A stretch of DNA of 42,154 bases from an uncultured Draconibacterium sp. (GTDB lineage: Bacteria > Bacteroidota > Bacteroidia > Bacteroidales > FEN-979). This document shows, piece after piece, positions 40,127 through 42,154 of the stretch (the stretch's first letter is position 1; each line of letters opens with the position of its first letter). The position numbers and the translations under genes are program-made. The notes under the pieces are model-generated. The model made no database searches and was not told where the DNA came from. It worked only from the letters and a program-made list of their open reading frames with translations. The stretch covers positions 1 to 42,154 of the forward strand of contig CAZPWZ010000003.1 in assembly GCA_964590675.1 (NCBI GenBank), in the 5' to 3' direction.

Positions 40127-40732
40127 TCACCCCTTCCCAATCCCCGGCCAAAACCGCACCTGGTAAACCTGCTTGTCCGGTTCAGGCGGCTTCTGTTCCG
40201 GGGTAGCTTTGGTAAAACCTGAACCGGCTAACATCTCATCCATTTCTTCGCTTAATTCTCCATAGGTGGCAGCATAATCATAAAACCCGGGAGAAGAGAA
40301 GAACCGCCCCTCCTTCGCAAGGGCAACCCAGATTACATGCCTTCCGCCGTAAACCATCCATTGCGCATTGAGCACAGGCTCGTCGCATCGGATGATGAGG
40401 CTATCCCCAGATGACTTCCCGCCGACCATCACTTCGCAACCCCGGATGACGAGGCTGCCGTTGACATATCCCGGGTCCCACCAGCCGTCGTCCGCTATCC
40501 TGATGATGGTGCCATCCCCGGATGTGATGCGGAGATCGGTTCCTTCAAAGCAGGCTTCGGCGGGCTCCGTTTCAAGGATGATCCCGCGGTGGGAGTATTT
40601 GCCGCTGTAAACCTTCACGATATTCCCGTCAATCAGGATGGTGTTCCGTTTAAAATGATAGGGTCTCCATGGAACGGCAAATTCATGGATCGTGTGCATG
40701 TTCTTCCTGTAATTTTGATTCTTTGTTTCCAT
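40127..40732 (-). CDS. Hypothetical protein with a weak internal duplication
   Basis: 201-aa ORF with its own promoter; ILIDGNIVKV...EP.EA and LVIRGCEVMV...EP..NA segments. Confidence 0.7.
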   Translation of the reverse strand: METKNQNYRKNMHTIHEFAVPWRPYHFKRNTILIDGNIVKVYSGKYSHRGIILETEPAEACFEGTDLRITSGDGTIIRIADDGWWDPGYVNGSLVIRGCEVMVGGKSSGDSLIIRCDEPVLNAQWMVYGGRHVIWVALAKEGRFFSSPGFYDYAATYGELSEEMDEMLAGSGFTKATPEQKPPEPDKQVYQVRFWPGIGKG

Positions 40733-40799
40733 AGCAATACATGTTTAAAGGTTTAACATCATTGCATCCGGAAAAGTAGACGGGCAGGGGAAAGAAAAG

Positions 40800-40912
40800 G
40801 GCATAAAAAAAGCGAACCTTTTTGATCCTTGCGATCCGCATCGCTTTACCACCGTGGCGTTCGTTGCTCGGTTGGTACCCACTCAAGGGTTCCTGATGCT
40901 GGTACAAATATA
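40800..40912 (-). ncRNA. Candidate structured 5' leader / small RNA
   Basis: TATATTTG -7 box, several stems, AAAGCGA...TCGCTTTTTTT terminator-like end; family not recognised. Confidence 0.35.
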
Positions 40913-41010
40913 ATTAAATTTCAGTAATTCCCTGGAAAAAATCACTAACCTTGCTTCATGTAAGGACCCGTCGTCCGACCCCTGCAGGACAGACCTTTCA
41001 CGGCAATTGG

Positions 41011-41057
41011 CGTCCCGATTTTTCGTCCCGCGTCCCGTGTCCCGATTTTTCGTCACG
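41011..41057 (+). repeat. GTCCCGY heptamer tract (3' boundary of the ORF6N cassette)
   Basis: CGTCCCGATTTTTCGTCCCGCGTCCCGTGTCCCGATTTTTCGTCACG. Confidence 0.95.
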
Positions 41058-41604
41058 TTTTCTCTTCACATTCTCTGTTTCCCCCGGGAATTTTAAACCC
41101 AACCGGTTCCATCGGCTCACTTTTCTTCACCATCAATTGCCGGATAGTTTCAAAGATTAACTGAATATTATCATCATGCGATGAAACCATTCTTTCCAAT
41201 TCTTCGATCTTCATGGCAAGTTCTTTGTGAGTTTCAAGGAATTTTCGCATCTGTACAAACGCACGCATAATGGCGATGTTGACATGGATGGCTCTTTCCG
41301 AATTCAAGACCGATGAAATCATAGCGACGCCTTGTTCTGTAAATGCAAAGGGTAAGTATTTTAAATGCTGGCCCCGCTTTAAGGTCACAATTTGTGACCT
41401 TAAAGAATTAGCTTCATTATCAGTCAGTTCAAACATGAAATCAACAGGAAATCTATCCAGATTCCTCCGGACAGCCTGCTTCAGGCCCTTAGTTGGCACC
41501 TCATAAAGTCTGGCCAAATCTGAATCAAGGATCACTTTTTCTCCCCTTATGAAATGGATCAGCCCGGAAATGCTTTCCGTTTTTATTTGAATACATGTTT
41601 CCAT
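41053..41604 (-). CDS. ORF6N domain DNA-binding protein
   Basis: IRGEKVILDSDLARLY.V.T..L.QAV.RN..RFP.DFMF.L, PFAFTEQGVAM.SSVL.S. Confidence 0.93.
   Translation of the reverse strand: METCIQIKTESISGLIHFIRGEKVILDSDLARLYEVPTKGLKQAVRRNLDRFPVDFMFELTDNEANSLRSQIVTLKRGQHLKYLPFAFTEQGVAMISSVLNSERAIHVNIAIMRAFVQMRKFLETHKELAMKIEELERMVSSHDDNIQLIFETIRQLMVKKSEPMEPVGFKIPGGNRECEEKT
41377..41405. repeat. Perfect inverted repeat (14-bp arms, 1-nt centre) inside the ORF6N coding sequence
   Basis: CTTTAAGGTCACAA-T-TTGTGACCTTAAAG. Confidence 0.97.
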
Positions 41605-41664
41605 AGATTGTTTTCCTGCTTAATCCAGAAAACCCCAAATGGTCGTCACATTGTTGAAAATTTC
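41605..41664 (-). promoter_or_regulatory. Conserved 60-nt cassette leader (copy 2)
   Basis: 42/60 ungapped identity with 39992-40051. Confidence 0.75.
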
Positions 41665-41710
41665 GTCCCGCGTCCCGTATCCCGCGTCCCGATTTTCGTC
41701 CCTTATCCCG
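41664..41710 (+). repeat. GTCCCGY heptamer tract (5' boundary of the ORF6N cassette)
   Basis: CGTCCCGCGTCCCGTATCCCGCGTCCCGATTTTCGTCCCTTATCCCG. Confidence 0.95.
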
Positions 41711-42154
41711 AACAATGAACGGCTGGAATAACAGTGCAGCCAGGATATTAACGAAAGTAAAGATGAAATAGAATAAATATAAAAATATTGGATATGTTAT
41801 CGGATTCTTATACTTTTACAACGCCATAACACCAAACATCTAAAAATCTGATTATATCTAAATTCCGGTAACTCTCCTCATTGTTCCGGAGTGTGGCGGA
41901 TGATGTGTTGAGCCGCCATTGGAAACAGAAATCTAGCATCACTAAAAAAACAGGGATGGACGAAAAATTCTTTTGACCGGTGGCATGCTTTACCAGGTGA
42001 TCACTTCGCTGAAATTTCATTCATTGACTGCGGATGAGGGAACGATGGGAGTATAATTTGTAACCTGCGCTGTTTGACTGAAATAGATTCATTGAGGGAA
42101 AAATCCATAACAAACACATCTAGAATCCTTACTATGTCGAAGTTCCAGGAATTG

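Noticed and set aside
40962-40995. GC-rich CCCGTCGTCCGACCCCTGCAGGAC as a REP element
   Set aside because: Single copy with no convincing stem, and no associated transposase.
39113-41604. Prophage remnant because KilA-N/ORF6N domains occur in phage antirepressors
   Set aside because: No phage structural, replication or integrase genes; each gene is individually repeat-bounded.
22757-41710. Heptamer tracts as a CRISPR array
   Set aside because: Units are 7 bp in tandem with no unique 30-40 bp spacers, and there are no cas genes.
41808-42020. 70-aa ORF
   Set aside because: No recognisable motif or translation context; likely non-coding or decayed.

Overview
Accessory-gene-rich window from a Bacteroidota (probably Bacteroidales-like) genome, inferred from T9SS C-terminal sorting domains, TAnnTTTG -7 promoter boxes, A-rich Shine-Dalgarno-less starts, and LytS/LytTR and Crp modules. 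About 35 intact CDS: regulators, hydrolases, oxidoreductases, secreted/T9SS proteins, panE, a PutP-like symporter and an ECF sigma operon. I found no rRNA, tRNA, CRISPR array, integrase or transposase. Most notable: (1) A family of single-gene cassettes bounded by same-orientation GTCCCGY heptamer tracts. A KilA-N gene (39113-39991) and an ORF6N gene (41053-41604) share an ungapped 60-nt leader (42/60), and each has a long perfect palindrome inside its coding sequence. A third, decayed ORF6N copy at 22652-22832 keeps the palindrome with a compensatory base-pair change. (2) A single-chain EutB-EutC ethanolamine ammonia-lyase fusion with a twin-arginine signal peptide. (3) A metallophosphoesterase apparently split by 6.8 kb, with a 32-bp imperfect direct repeat at the junctions, plus other gene fragments. 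(4) A candidate structured leader RNA, a duplicated 65-bp promoter, a stop-loss gene fusion and possible attC-like remnants. All calls come from reading by eye and recalled family motifs; no searches were run.
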